A stretch of DNA of 63,966 nucleotides, counting the filler, from Basidiobolus ranarum (lineage: Eukaryota), in assembly GCA_040143965.1 (NCBI GenBank). It is 3 parts of 3 records of this genome, joined end to end, with 100 filler letters (N's around TTAATTAATTAA, not from the genome) between each part and the next. Parts side by side here need not be neighbours in the genome. Positions count along the whole stretch, not along the records: positions 45,398 to 63,966 come from JASJQH010007148.1; 2 more parts are not named here. The stretch is one strand, 5' to 3'. The position numbers and the translations under genes were made by a program. Under the pieces are notes generated by a model. That model saw nothing but the letters and a program-made list of their open reading frames with translations, made no database searches and was not told where the DNA came from. Positions 63,382 to 63,966 of the stretch are shown in pieces; position 1 is the first letter of the stretch; each line of letters opens with the position of its first letter.

Positions 63382-63966
63382 ATGTCTTCCAATACTCCGG
63401 AAAACCAAGAAAGTGAAGATCTTATTCTTTCATTTTTAAACCAAGATTGTTTCGCTGATACAGACGCCTCTTTATCAGATCCCAAACTTTTGGCAAACGA
63501 GGATAATCTTTGGGACTTTCTAAGCAATGTCCCCACCCTGGACAAAGAGAGTCTTTCTGGTGGAGTGTCCCCACCTTGGTCTAGTTCCTCCTCTGACGAT
63601 AACAGTGGTGTACACGAACCTCCAAGCTCACCTCATAGTTCTAAGGGAAATTCACCTGAATTTACCACTCCAAAACGCGAAGAACCAGACGCTGATTATT
63701 GGCAATATGTTAATGAAGAGTGTCTCATGGAAACGGCTGCAAATGATGCCGTTTCTTCACCCAAGGGCCTCTTAGAAACTACTTCTTTATCTATTGATGA
63801 TATACCATTGAATTTTTCTACTGTACAAACCGCCAACCTTTTCCCTCAAGGTATACCCCTTTCAAATCCACAAGTTCCACTCTTTTATCCACACGGGCTA
63901 GGTGGTTTAGCGGCTTTCAATGGACTTCCTTTATTCGCTGCTTTGACAGTTGCACCTCCAATCCAA
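63382..63966 (+). CDS. 5' part of a gene running off the window; acidic S/P-rich N-terminus (activation-domain-like)
   Basis: ATG 63382 opens a stop-free frame to the end (195 codons): MSSNTPENQESEDLILSFLNQDCF...LWDFLS...PKREEPDADYWQYVNEECL... It is absent from the ORF track because it has no stop. Confidence 0.7.
   Translation, partial: MSSNTPENQESEDLILSFLNQDCFADTDASLSDPKLLANEDNLWDFLSNVPTLDKESLSGGVSPPWSSSSSDDNSGVHEPPSSPHSSKGNSPEFTTPKREEPDADYWQYVNEECLMETAANDAVSSPKGLLETTSLSIDDIPLNFSTVQTANLFPQGIPLSNPQVPLFYPHGLGGLAAFNGLPLFAALTVAPPIQ

Overview
AT-rich, intron-rich eukaryotic DNA from a fungus. It carries DASH Ask1, Atg22, Dug3, Dbf2/Sid2 and Ssk2/Wis4 homologues. Short introns, composition and gene content suggest an early-diverging lineage (Zoopagomycota/Mucoromycota-like, e.g. 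Basidiobolus); this is inference only. The window is three contigs joined by two artificial 100-nt N44-TTAATTAATTAA-N44 spacers. I spliced about 22 protein-coding genes by hand, most of them housekeeping or signalling genes. Highlights: (i) a group XII-like secreted phospholipase A2 largely missed by the ORF track, with its catalytic His-Asp on a 16-nt microexon; (ii) an Ssk2/Wis4 MAPKKK whose upstream exons splice in frame to give an N-terminal BRCT-like domain; (iii) an intracellular inhibitory-type serpin; (iv) a Cid11/Cid13/CutA-type terminal nucleotidyltransferase; (v) single-base lesions in otherwise intact conserved genes (ATG22 in-frame TAG, VPS29 frameshift, possibly the USP start), which are either duplicate-gene decay or assembly errors; (vi) Ask1 with a C-terminal winged-helix-like domain. 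Faint LTR-retrotransposon relics occur in intergenic DNA. I could not support any rRNA, tRNA or CRISPR feature, and I see no multi-gene novel system.
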